From Rhizomicrobium sp. (GTDB lineage: Bacteria; Pseudomonadota; Alphaproteobacteria; Micropepsales; Micropepsaceae), in contig JBAVPS010000501.1 in assembly GCA_049693315.1 (NCBI GenBank), positions 1 to 32,771 on the forward strand: a stretch of 32,771 bases of DNA. Direction: 5' to 3'. The notes under the pieces are model-generated. The model made no database searches and was not told where the DNA came from. It was given only the letters and a program-made list of their open reading frames with translations. The translations under genes were made by a program, and so were the position numbers. Below, in pieces: positions 1 to 8,716 of the stretch. How positions within the stretch are numbered: the first letter of the stretch is position 1; every line of letters begins with the position of its first letter.

Positions 1-34
1 CGGCTTTTTCCTGGCCGTTCATTGTCGGGCGCAA
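1..34 (-). CDS. 5' end of an unknown gene running off the left edge (MRPTMNGQEKA...)
   Basis: Minus strand reads GGAGG-tactgt-TTG CGC CCG ACA ATG AAC GGC CAG GAA AAA GCC. Strong SD (41-45) with open frame to the window edge; too short to identify. Confidence 0.4.
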   Translation of the reverse strand, partial: MRPTMNGQEKA

Positions 35-394
35 ACAGTACCTCCTGCAATTAGTAGGTCCTGACCCTAGTTTAAGGGTGGTAGCATTTCGATGTGCAGA
101 CGATTAAAAAATCCTGCACTTTAGAAATCTGCCAAACAATTGCTAACCATGCGACAAAAGAACGGTGTACCAGAAGACATGCGCATAATCCTATCGGCCA
201 ACATTACGTCAGTAAAATCAAGGCACTATAATTTTTCAGGCTGAACCATCGAGGCTTGATATTAATGTATGAATTTGCTTCTTGTGGGACGTATGACATA
301 GTGCCCCGCAATAATCTGACGATATCTGGCCCCTGCTGCATCTGGCGCAAGACATTAGGCCCAAGACATTAGTCAACAAGAAACGGACATCATA

Positions 395-1543
395 ATGACC
401 GGGAAACTGGAAAACACGCTGAAGGACTGGAAAGGCAAATATACCGACTGGCTGTTCAATACAGCCCTGCCGATGTGGTGGCAGAACGGTGCCGATCATG
501 TGCAGGGCGGCTTCCACGAACTCCTCGACCTCAAGGGCAATCCCGTTATCGTGCCGCGACGCGCGCGCGTGCAGGGGCGGCAAAGCTATGCCTATGCTGT
601 TGCCGGTGTGCTGGGCTGGGATGGTCCGTGGCAGGAAGCCTCGCTGCATGGCCTTGCCTATCTTGATGCCCATTACAAACAGCCGAGCGGGCTTTACGCC
701 ACACTGACCTCGCCCGACGGGCAGATCACCGACAGCCGTGAAATGCTGTACGATCAGGCTTTTGCGCTGAACGCCAGCGCGTGGATCTATCGCGCCCAGC
801 CCGAACGCAAAGATATGATCGATTATGCCAACGCTTTGATGGCGAAGATCGAAACCCGTCGGCATCCGGCTGGCGGCTACAAAGAAACCGGCGATCTGTT
901 CCTGTCCAACCCGCATATGCATCTGTTCGAGGCATTGCTGGCCTGGTACGAAGCGAGCAACGATCAGAAATGGTTTGATCTGGCCGGTGAAATCGCCCGG
1001 CTGTGCCTGACCCGCTTCATTGATCCCGACACACTGACCCTGCACGAACATTTTGATGAAAAATGGGCGCTGGCCGAAGACGCCAAGGGCGAGATCATTG
1101 AACCCGGTCATCAGTTCGAATGGGCCTGGTTATTGGCGCGCTGGTCGAAAATTTCCGGCCGCATGGATGCCTATCAGATGGCCCGCCGCCTGTTTGAGGT
1201 TGGCGCCTCGGGCGTTGACAAGGTGCGCGGTGTTGCCGTCGACGAGATGGACAATTCCTTCAACTTCACCCGCCCGACATCACGGCTGTGGATGCAGACC
1301 GAATGGCTTAAAGCGGCGCTGATCCTGTCCGATGCCGATAGCGAGGATGAACGCAGCTATTATCTGGGTGAAGCCGGTCTGGCGGCGGCCACGCTGTGGA
1401 AATATCTCGACACGCCGGTGCGTGGTCTGTGGCGGGACCGTATGCAGCCCGACAACAGCTTTGACGAGGAAGCGGCCCCGGCAAGCTCGCTCTATCACAT
1501 CATCTGCGCGATTCAATCTTTGCGCGACGCCATCAAGGGCTAA
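395..1543 (+). CDS. AGE-family epimerase/isomerase (N-acylglucosamine 2-epimerase superfamily; mannose/mannose-6-phosphate isomerase-like)
   Basis: 382 aa with motifs GGFHE, RARVQGR, LYDQAFAL, NPHMHLFEA, EPGHQFEW, RLWMQTE and PASSLYH (the family's catalytic His residues). GGA SD before ATG. Confidence 0.88.
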   Translation: MTGKLENTLKDWKGKYTDWLFNTALPMWWQNGADHVQGGFHELLDLKGNPVIVPRRARVQGRQSYAYAVAGVLGWDGPWQEASLHGLAYLDAHYKQPSGLYATLTSPDGQITDSREMLYDQAFALNASAWIYRAQPERKDMIDYANALMAKIETRRHPAGGYKETGDLFLSNPHMHLFEALLAWYEASNDQKWFDLAGEIARLCLTRFIDPDTLTLHEHFDEKWALAEDAKGEIIEPGHQFEWAWLLARWSKISGRMDAYQMARRLFEVGASGVDKVRGVAVDEMDNSFNFTRPTSRLWMQTEWLKAALILSDADSEDERSYYLGEAGLAAATLWKYLDTPVRGLWRDRMQPDNSFDEEAAPASSLYHIICAIQSLRDAIKG

Positions 1544-1573
1544 CACGCCCCGGTGCTGTAACGTTGTTTTTGC

Positions 1574-1610
1574 CAAACGCGTCGCTTGTATGAGTGGCGC
1601 GTTTGTTTTT
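1574..1610 (+). terminator. Rho-independent terminator after the AGE gene
   Basis: CAAACGCGTCGCT-tgtatg-AGTGGCGCGTTTG: 13-bp stem with two G-U pairs, followed by TTTTT, 30 nt after the stop codon. Confidence 0.8.
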
Positions 1611-1617
1611 AGCCTTT

Positions 1618-1744
1618 TAAGCGCTTCACCAATAAGCGCTTCACCGAAAAGTGGGAACCGGTTTTCGGATATGAAGCGCGACAAAAAAAACACCCAGCGC
1701 TTCACTTCAAAAGTGGGAACCGGTTTTCGGCTATCAGGCGCACC
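1618..1744. repeat. Tandem palindromic intergenic element (RIME/CIR/BRU-RS-like)
   Basis: AGCGCTTCAC..AAAAGTGGGAACCGGTTTTCGG occurs at ~1635-1668 and ~1696-1730. TAAGCGCTTCACC occurs at 1618-1630 and 1633-1645. Unit 1 folds GCGCTTCA/TGAAGCGC and CCGAAAA/TTTTCGG. Confidence 0.75.
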
Positions 1745-1831
1745 CAAACGTTCGGGCTGCCGCTTGGCATAAGCGCACCGCTGCATTATGCGGTACCCGG
1801 CCCTTACATTTTCGCATTGCATGAGGACTTC

Positions 1832-2905
1832 GTGGCGCGTTTTTCCAAAGCCTTCGACTGTGAACACTGGCCAATGGCGGGGCAGTGGCTGTTACTGGTG
1901 ATCGCGTCCGGTGCGCTGGGCATTATTTTACAATATGGGCATTTACCCGCCGCCCTGCTGCTCGGCCCGATGATTGGTGCCATCCTGCTGGCGATGGCCA
2001 AAAGCCGCCTCAGGATTCCGGGCCTGCCTTACGCTTTTGGTCAGGGCCTGATCGGCTGCATGATCGCCCGCAGCATTCCCTTTTCGGTGCTGGGCGATGT
2101 TGCTGCCGACTGGCCGCTTTTCTTCGGCGGCGTGCTCTCGGTCATTCTGGTCTGTAACGGGCTGGGCTGGCTGATGGCCCGCAGCAAGGTGCTGCCCGGC
2201 ACCACGGCGATCTGGGGCTTTTCGCCCGGTGCCGCCACAGCCATGACCGTAATGGCCGAAGATTATGGCGCCGATGTCCGTCTGGTCGCCTTCATGCAGT
2301 ATTTGCGGGTGGCCTGTGTGGCCTTGGCTGCCGCAGCGGTCGCCAGCGTATGGGCCAAACCCGGTGCTGCCGCCGCCATCAACTGGTTTCCGCCGCTGGC
2401 CATTGGTCCGCTGATCGGCACGCTGGCGCTGGCGCTGGCCGGTGCCCTGATCGCCCGGCACTTTCGCATTCCGGCAGGCTCTCTGATGCTGCCGATGATC
2501 GCCGGGGTGCTGCTGCATCCGGTCCTGCCGCTGGAGCTGCCGCCCTGGCTGCAACTGATCAGCTATGCCCTGCTGGGCTGGAGCATCGGCCTGCGCTTTA
2601 CCCGCCAGATCCTGAGCCACGCCTTTGCCGCGCTGCCCAAACTGCTCGCCGCCATACTGGTGCTGATCGGCGTGTGCGGGCTGTTCGCCGCCGTGCTGGT
2701 CCATGTCGCCGGGGTCGACCCGCTCACCGCCTATCTGGCCACCAGCCCGGGCGGGGTCGATTCGGTGGCGATCATCGCCGCCTCCAGCTCCACCGACATG
2801 GCCTTTGTCATGGCGATGCAGACGGTACGGCTGATTCTGGTGCTGGCGATGGGGCCAATGATGGCCCGCATCTGCGCAAACCGGCTTAAAATATCACAAC
2901 GCTGA
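1832..2905 (+). CDS. AbrB-family membrane protein (AbrB duplication / putative ammonia monooxygenase family)
   Basis: Highly hydrophobic with two internal halves: LLGPMIGA/SLMLPMIAG, SPGAATAM/SPGGVDSV, QYLRV/QTVRL. Start placed at GTG 1832 behind GAGGA (the ORF track starts at 1817). Confidence 0.85.
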   Translation: MARFSKAFDCEHWPMAGQWLLLVIASGALGIILQYGHLPAALLLGPMIGAILLAMAKSRLRIPGLPYAFGQGLIGCMIARSIPFSVLGDVAADWPLFFGGVLSVILVCNGLGWLMARSKVLPGTTAIWGFSPGAATAMTVMAEDYGADVRLVAFMQYLRVACVALAAAAVASVWAKPGAAAAINWFPPLAIGPLIGTLALALAGALIARHFRIPAGSLMLPMIAGVLLHPVLPLELPPWLQLISYALLGWSIGLRFTRQILSHAFAALPKLLAAILVLIGVCGLFAAVLVHVAGVDPLTAYLATSPGGVDSVAIIAASSSTDMAFVMAMQTVRLILVLAMGPMMARICANRLKISQR

Positions 2906-2941
2906 AATAATAGTGCCCTTTACATACTTTTGGCGTAATTT

Positions 2942-3835
2942 TTACACCTTGAATTCGTGCACTGTGCCGCAGAACTGGCACCGGGCGCGGATCATGCCAT
3001 CGGGGTCGGCCAGCTTGGTACGTTCTTCGGGGGTGTACGCTGCCAGCGCCGCCTCGATATTCTCGCGGGCGCAACCACAGCGAAAACCGATCGGCTCAAA
3101 CGGCAGCAAACGGACATCTTCCTGATTAAACAGCCGCCACAACAGGGTTTCTGCCGCCAGACCGGTATCAACCAGCTCAAGATCCTCGACCGTACCGGCC
3201 AGGGTAATCAGGTGCTCCCAGTCATCCGCATGGTGGGTGCCACCGGGCACAACCTGCAGCAAAAGCCCGCCGGCCTGCCACGAAACCCCGCCACCGGGTG
3301 ACACCATAGGTGCCGCCGCCAGCCGGACCATGGTCAACAGCTGCTCGGACTGGCCAAAATAGACCTCTGCCGAGCGGCCCAGCCCTTCGGGGGACAGCGG
3401 CACCACGCCCTGATAGTCGCGCGCTTCAGCCTGCGGGCGGATGGTGATAGCGAGCGAACCCGGTCCGGCCAGCGCCGCAAAAGACGGGTTCTTGCCCAAA
3501 TTGGCGCAGCGTTCCTGGTCGATGCGCGCCATGCCCCGCACACCACGGGGCTCGCCAGCCTCGGCCCCGTAATAATCGGCCACCACCATATCGAGTGGCC
3601 CATTTGATTTGGTCTGGACGGTCAGTCGCCCGTCGAGTTTCAGCAAAGAGCCCAGCATCGCCACCAGCGCCAGCAGTTCGCCTTCGGCGCGCGCCGCCAC
3701 TTCTGGTAAATCATGATGAGCAATGGCCTGCTGTGCCGTCGCTTCAAGCCGGACAAAACGGCCACGGGCACCAGCCTCAGGCAGATCGAAAGGCAGCACA
3801 AAATCGGCGCGCGGCGCCATCTGATAGTCGCTCAT
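2942..3835 (-). CDS. hslO: Hsp33 redox-regulated molecular chaperone
   Basis: ARGRFVRL, YQGVVPL, YFGQSEQL, AGGLLLQ and the C-terminal zinc motif CGC...CQFC. AGGA SD upstream; start is ATG 3835 or GTG 3838. Confidence 0.93.
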   Translation of the reverse strand: MSDYQMAPRADFVLPFDLPEAGARGRFVRLEATAQQAIAHHDLPEVAARAEGELLALVAMLGSLLKLDGRLTVQTKSNGPLDMVVADYYGAEAGEPRGVRGMARIDQERCANLGKNPSFAALAGPGSLAITIRPQAEARDYQGVVPLSPEGLGRSAEVYFGQSEQLLTMVRLAAAPMVSPGGGVSWQAGGLLLQVVPGGTHHADDWEHLITLAGTVEDLELVDTGLAAETLLWRLFNQEDVRLLPFEPIGFRCGCARENIEAALAAYTPEERTKLADPDGMIRARCQFCGTVHEFKV

Positions 3836-3922
3836 CACTTATCCTGAAATGAAACACACCATCTGCAGAAGATAGGTTCCGACAGACCGAAGACCATCAC
3901 TTATGGCCTGATGCCCCCCGGT

Positions 3923-4216
3923 TCAAGTGCGCAGGTTACCGGAGGTTTTCAGGATATAGCGCAGCACCACCGCCACGGCATGGTAAAGAACAGGAGGAAT
4001 TTCCTCGCCTAAATCAATGGTTGAAAGCGCCTCGGCCAAAGCCGGGTTTTCCTCCAGCGGCACGCCATGCTCCTTAGCCAGATCGATAATGCGACGGCCG
4101 ACCTCGCCACGCCCCTTGGCAACCACCCGGGGGGCACCCTGTTTTTTGTAATGCAGGGCGACAGCAATTGTGGAACCGGAGGCTGCGCCACCGGTGGGGG
4201 CTTTGACCGGGCTCAT
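3923..4216 (-). CDS. Stand-alone FlhB C-terminal domain protein (EscU/YscU/HrcU family, FlhX/YlqH-like)
   Basis: AVALHY..GAPRVVAKGRG..IIDLAKEHGVPLEENPALAEAL..LGEEIPPVLYHAVAVVL matches FlhB downstream of the NPTH cleavage site. ATGA overlap with the upstream gene. Confidence 0.9.
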   Translation of the reverse strand: MSPVKAPTGGAASGSTIAVALHYKKQGAPRVVAKGRGEVGRRIIDLAKEHGVPLEENPALAEALSTIDLGEEIPPVLYHAVAVVLRYILKTSGNLRT

Positions 4217-6891
4217 GAGGTATGGTCCAGAAAACGCCCGGAACCGACTTTTTTGGGCACTGCCACCGGGTGGAAGGCAATTTCGGATTCCAGCGCGGCA
4301 TCAGCCAGCGCATCGCTCAAATCATCGGCCCCGGCGCGCAACCGCTCCAAACTGGCCGGGCGGCTGGCCCATAAGGTCACCCAGGTGCGACCGCCACTCA
4401 ACGCCAGCTGCGCCTGCACCGGCCCCAGCGGTTCGACCGCCACGGCAAAGCGCACCCGCCAGACCGGCAGGCTTTCCGCCCCACCATTTTCGTCACCACC
4501 ATCGTGATCGATGGCAAACTGCGCCACCGAAGTACCCTGCGGCGTGGCAAGCGGAATCTCAAACATCCAGTGGTTCTGACTGGTCCGACTGGCCTGCTCG
4601 CCATCGGGTAGCGAGGCCATTTGCAGCAATTTCTGATGGGCCAGCGCCGCTTCGCTGCCCGACAAAAGATGCCGGGCCACCGTCGCCAGATCGGCCTCGT
4701 CCGGCAGGCTGGATGTGCTGGCCGACTGCGCCGTGGTCGGCCCGCCCTTAAACGGCGGCGGGGTGCCGGAATCGGCACTGGCCTCGTCCGCCCCATCCGC
4801 CGATTGCTGCAGGAAAAATGCTGCCAGCGCATCAACAGCGGTCATAGCCCGCGCCAGCGGCAGGGCACCTGCCGCATTAGACAGCGCCGCCACCGCAGCC
4901 TGCGCGGCAAAACGCGGATCGGTAAACAGGGCAGCCAGCTCATCAGCCTCAGCCGTCTGGACCGCCTGCGCCCGGGCGGACTGCGCCAAAGCCGCCTTTT
5001 CGGCATCGGCCGCCGCAGAAGTCACTGGCGGGACAGGCGTTTCGTCTTCTGCCGCGATGGGCTGGCCCGTAGCAGCCGCCGCACGCGCGGCCCCGGCAGC
5101 CAACGGCGCTGGCATTGGCGATGTTTGAGCTGACAGGTTCGCCGAACTTCCCGCCAAGGGCAGACCGGCTTGTTCCGTCAGCACATTACTGCCCACCGGC
5201 ATTGATGCGCCAGCCGGTGCGCTGGCCGGTTGCCCACTGGCCTGTTGTGTTGTGGCCGCCTGCGATGAGGCCGCTGGCGTGGGGGCTGGTTGCGCCGCAC
5301 CGGAAGCCGCCGTTCCAACCGGACTTGCCACAACGGGGGACGCCGCCGCAGATGCAGTAGCCGAAGCGGAAGCAACCGCACCGGACGCAGACGGCATAAC
5401 CGACGAGCCCGGCAAGGCCGACGCCCCGGCTGGACTGTCTGCCGGGGGAGCAACCGAAGTTGTCGCGCCATTGCTTAACAGTGGCGCGGCAGCCGAAGCC
5501 TGCCCACTGGCATTGGTCACCATATTCAGGGCTGCATTTTCGATCGCCTGAGGGGCGGTGACGGTGGTGCTTTGCCCGGGCGGGGCGGCACCATACGCAG
5601 TCGTGACGGTTCCGGGGCTGACCGGATTGCCGGTTGTTGCAGGCCCCGCCACAGTGCCATCAGCCATTTCAGTAACGGCCGTCGCGGCCAGCAGCGCGGC
5701 AGAGCCTATAAGCTGACCCGATGCAACAAGCGGCACCGCGGATGCTGAGGCCCCAGAAAATGGCGCCACCCCCCCCACTCCCACGCTGGTCGCAGGCAAG
5801 GTTTCCGCTGCCGATCCAGGCACCACAATGGTGGCGGGCGACGAAACCGACGCGGGCGCAATAGTGGGTGGCACAGAGGTAGCGGTTGTCGCGCTGACTG
5901 GTGTGGATCCAGTTGTTGTCACGTCCGACGGCGTTGTGCTGGCAATCGGGGTATTGGCTGACGCGGTTTCCGATTGGGTGACCGGAACCGATGATGTCGT
6001 TGATGCCAAAGAAGAAGACTGAGATGGCGACGGTGCACTTGTCTGGCCTGCCGCTGCATTGGCTGACGTGCTGGTGGAGCCGCTTTCGCTGCTGGCAGGG
6101 GCCGTTGCCGGGGATTGGCTGGCAGCCTGCCCGGTGGTTGCAGGATTTACGGCAGTATCTTGTGTCGGCGCTGTGGTGACGGTGGCGGATGCCGGAGAAG
6201 ATACCGAATCCGCCACTACCGTGCCAGAACGGGTAGCCGTGTTGGAATTAGAGGCCGCTGCGTCCGGTGTTGAGACAGCGGATTGCGGGCTGGCACCATA
6301 GCCAGTGGGCGCTGCAGGGCCGGTATTTTCCGCTGTTGTAGGGGAGCTTTGCGTGGTTGCCGGGCCAAGTTCGTCGACCCAGTCGTTCAAGGACTGACGC
6401 AACACCAGTAGCAGGCTTTTGATGTCGGCAGGCACCGGTGTGGCGCTTGAGCTGTCCGCAGACGAATCCGCCAGCTGACCAGCAAAACGGCTTTCGGTAA
6501 ACAGGCCAGAACGATCGAGCGCCGATTTCAGATCTTCGGCACTGGGCGGGGTGTCGGTGGCCAGTTGCAGGTTAAACAACTGGCCGATGGCCTTTTGTAC
6601 CGACGTGGGCAGCGCATCGCCGTGCGACTGCATTGCCTGTGACAGATCAGCCATCAGGCTGGAAAGCCCGCCGGTCTGCACCGCCGCATTCTGACGCGCC
6701 ACCGACAGGTGGGCAGCGGCCAGTTTATCCGGGCTGCTCACCTCCAGTGACGGGACTGGGGCAGACGCCCTGGTGGTCAGATCACCGGAAGTGCTGCTCG
6801 AACGTGGATCAACCGCCCCTGCCCCGGAAGCGTTTTGCGTCCCCGTCGGCACCAAAGCGGACGGTGGCGTGGAGGTGACCTGAATGCTCAC
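4213..6891 (-). CDS. FliK-like (hook-length control C-terminal domain) protein with a very long Ser/Thr/Ala/Pro-rich linker
   Basis: C-terminus WMFEIPL..WRVRFAVAVEPLGPVQAQLALSGGRTWVTLWA..LSDALADAALE is FliK/T3S4-like. N-terminal LKSALDRSGLFTESR..DIKSLLL. GTG start at 6891 behind GAGGT (the ORF track extends to 6993). Confidence 0.75.
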   Translation of the reverse strand: MSIQVTSTPPSALVPTGTQNASGAGAVDPRSSSTSGDLTTRASAPVPSLEVSSPDKLAAAHLSVARQNAAVQTGGLSSLMADLSQAMQSHGDALPTSVQKAIGQLFNLQLATDTPPSAEDLKSALDRSGLFTESRFAGQLADSSADSSSATPVPADIKSLLLVLRQSLNDWVDELGPATTQSSPTTAENTGPAAPTGYGASPQSAVSTPDAAASNSNTATRSGTVVADSVSSPASATVTTAPTQDTAVNPATTGQAASQSPATAPASSESGSTSTSANAAAGQTSAPSPSQSSSLASTTSSVPVTQSETASANTPIASTTPSDVTTTGSTPVSATTATSVPPTIAPASVSSPATIVVPGSAAETLPATSVGVGGVAPFSGASASAVPLVASGQLIGSAALLAATAVTEMADGTVAGPATTGNPVSPGTVTTAYGAAPPGQSTTVTAPQAIENAALNMVTNASGQASAAAPLLSNGATTSVAPPADSPAGASALPGSSVMPSASGAVASASATASAAASPVVASPVGTAASGAAQPAPTPAASSQAATTQQASGQPASAPAGASMPVGSNVLTEQAGLPLAGSSANLSAQTSPMPAPLAAGAARAAAATGQPIAAEDETPVPPVTSAAADAEKAALAQSARAQAVQTAEADELAALFTDPRFAAQAAVAALSNAAGALPLARAMTAVDALAAFFLQQSADGADEASADSGTPPPFKGGPTTAQSASTSSLPDEADLATVARHLLSGSEAALAHQKLLQMASLPDGEQASRTSQNHWMFEIPLATPQGTSVAQFAIDHDGGDENGGAESLPVWRVRFAVAVEPLGPVQAQLALSGGRTWVTLWASRPASLERLRAGADDLSDALADAALESEIAFHPVAVPKKVGSGRFLDHTS

Positions 6892-7009
6892 GACGAACCT
6901 CACCCCAAGCGAGAGGAACCAACGGACAGCGTAAAATGCACCGTCAAGGTAGCAAGATTTGCGTGTATTTCCTAGCGCTGGCTTCCGGCACATACTTTAG
7001 GGGCAGGAT

Positions 7010-7663
7010 CTAGGATGGGCGTCCGCGGTTCTGGTATGCCTGCAGGAGGCGGGGACACAGCGCCTGCAAGGTTTCCTCCAGCCCGGGCTCATCGCCCTTG
7101 TCACGATAGCGTTCAGAGACTTCACGGCCCTGCACATTACCGAAATTCAGCTCCAGCCGCTGATAGAGGTCCGGCATTTCGGTCCACAAGGCCTGAAACA
7201 ATTCCTCGTGCCGCCGGCCATAGGAATAATACGCCGGCAGTGTGGGCCAGCCCAGACGGCACATCGTATTAATCACCTGCGGATCACGGGCGACGAAGTC
7301 TTCATAATGTATCACGGCATCAAAATGATCCCGCGCCGCATAGATCTGATCAAGAAGCAGGAATTTTTCTTCCAGCAGACCAGAGTGATTGCGATAGTTT
7401 TTATTTTTGAGGCTGAGATAATTGTCACGAGGATCGCGCAGAAACAGCACGATTTTGTCGGGGCGAAACCGCTCGATATGCACCGCAAGCGGATAGGCCG
7501 TGGTCATCGTGACTTTGACCAGCATATTTTTACCGGTCGTCACCCGGGGCGCGGCATAATTGTTAAGGACGTCAACCAACGCCAGACAATCCGGCCGTTG
7601 CGCCAAAAAAAGAGCGAAGCTCGTCGCTCCGCTCGACATCATTGCGTAAATCAACAACCGCAT
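7010..7663 (-). CDS. Sulfotransferase-fold (P-loop) protein
   Basis: N-terminal strand plus SSGATSF (5'-PSB-like), LFLRDPRDNYLS (3'-PB motif) and IHYEDF. Start placed at ATG 7663. Confidence 0.6.
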   Translation of the reverse strand: MRLLIYAMMSSGATSFALFLAQRPDCLALVDVLNNYAAPRVTTGKNMLVKVTMTTAYPLAVHIERFRPDKIVLFLRDPRDNYLSLKNKNYRNHSGLLEEKFLLLDQIYAARDHFDAVIHYEDFVARDPQVINTMCRLGWPTLPAYYSYGRRHEELFQALWTEMPDLYQRLELNFGNVQGREVSERYRDKGDEPGLEETLQALCPRLLQAYQNRGRPS

Positions 7664-7777
7664 AATTTTCCCCCGCAAAGCCCGGCCCGTATGCGCCGAA
7701 GACATAGTAGCGGAACTTGCGGGAGAAAAAATCCTGTTTGCGGTGTCAGGTCTTTGCCAGCGTATTTGCCGGACGGC

Positions 7778-8713
7778 TTATTTACCAGACTGGCGCAGGC
7801 ACCAGGCCAAAATGGCCTTTTGGGCATGCAGGCGGTTTTCAGCCTCGTCAAACACCACCGACTGCGGACCATCGATGACTTCGTCGGTCACTTCCTCGCC
7901 ACGATGGGCGGGCAGACAGTGCATGAAGATCGCCCCCTTATCGGCTTTGGCCATCAGACCGGCATTGACCTGATAGGCCTTGAGCAGATTGCGGCGACGG
8001 GTGGTATCTTCATCGCCCATCGATACCCAGGCATCGGACACCACGCAATCAGCATCCCGGACCGCCTCGGCCGCATCATGGCCGAAGCTGACATCGCCTT
8101 TGTTGGCCGCAACCCAGGCCTTGAGCTCGGACTTGGCCGACAGCTCCACCGGCGAGGCCACGCTGAGATGGAAGCCGAACTTCACCGCAGCATGAACCCA
8201 CGAGGTGCAGACATTATTGGAATCGCCGCTCCAGGCCACCTTACGGCCACGGATCGAACCCTTATGCTCTTCATAGGTCTGGATATCGGCCATCACCTGA
8301 CAGGGATGGGACCATTTGGTCAGACCGTTGATAACCGGAAGGGTAGCGTTGGCCGCCAGATCCTGCACCATTTCGTGATCGAGCAGGCGGATCATGATGG
8401 CATCGACATAGCGCGACATGACGCGCGCCGTATCGGCAATGGTTTCCTCGCGGGCGAGCTGCATTTCGCTGCCGGTTAGCATGATGGTGGTGCCACCAAG
8501 CTGGCGCATGCCGACATCAAAGGAAATCCGCGTCCGCGTTGATTGCTTGTCGAAAATCATCGCCAGCACGCGACCGGCAAAAGGCACATCATCATCGGGC
8601 GCACCGGCGGGCTTGCCGGCACGCAGCTTCTTACGTGTCTTGGCTTCTTCAAGAATAGACAGCAGCGTATCGGAATCGAAATCGGCGAGATCGAGAAAAT
8701 CTTTAATCGGCAT
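7778..8713 (-). CDS. argF: Ornithine carbamoyltransferase
   Basis: [35 protein letters not shown]. Confidence 0.96.
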   Translation of the reverse strand: MPIKDFLDLADFDSDTLLSILEEAKTRKKLRAGKPAGAPDDDVPFAGRVLAMIFDKQSTRTRISFDVGMRQLGGTTIMLTGSEMQLAREETIADTARVMSRYVDAIMIRLLDHEMVQDLAANATLPVINGLTKWSHPCQVMADIQTYEEHKGSIRGRKVAWSGDSNNVCTSWVHAAVKFGFHLSVASPVELSAKSELKAWVAANKGDVSFGHDAAEAVRDADCVVSDAWVSMGDEDTTRRRNLLKAYQVNAGLMAKADKGAIFMHCLPAHRGEEVTDEVIDGPQSVVFDEAENRLHAQKAILAWCLRQSGK

Positions 8714-8716
8714 GAT

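Noticed and set aside
1618..1744. Mini CRISPR array
   Set aside because: Only two imperfect, long palindromic units, no series of unique equal-length spacers, and no cas genes.
236..1867. ORFs 236-1111 (-), 1280-1867 (-) and 1332-1772 (+)
   Set aside because: They overlap the well-supported AGE gene or run through the terminator and repeat, with no domain signal.
3865..3900. RpoH promoter for hslO
   Set aside because: A -10-like CCTATCT is present on the minus strand, but there is no CTTG-type -35 at the proper spacing.
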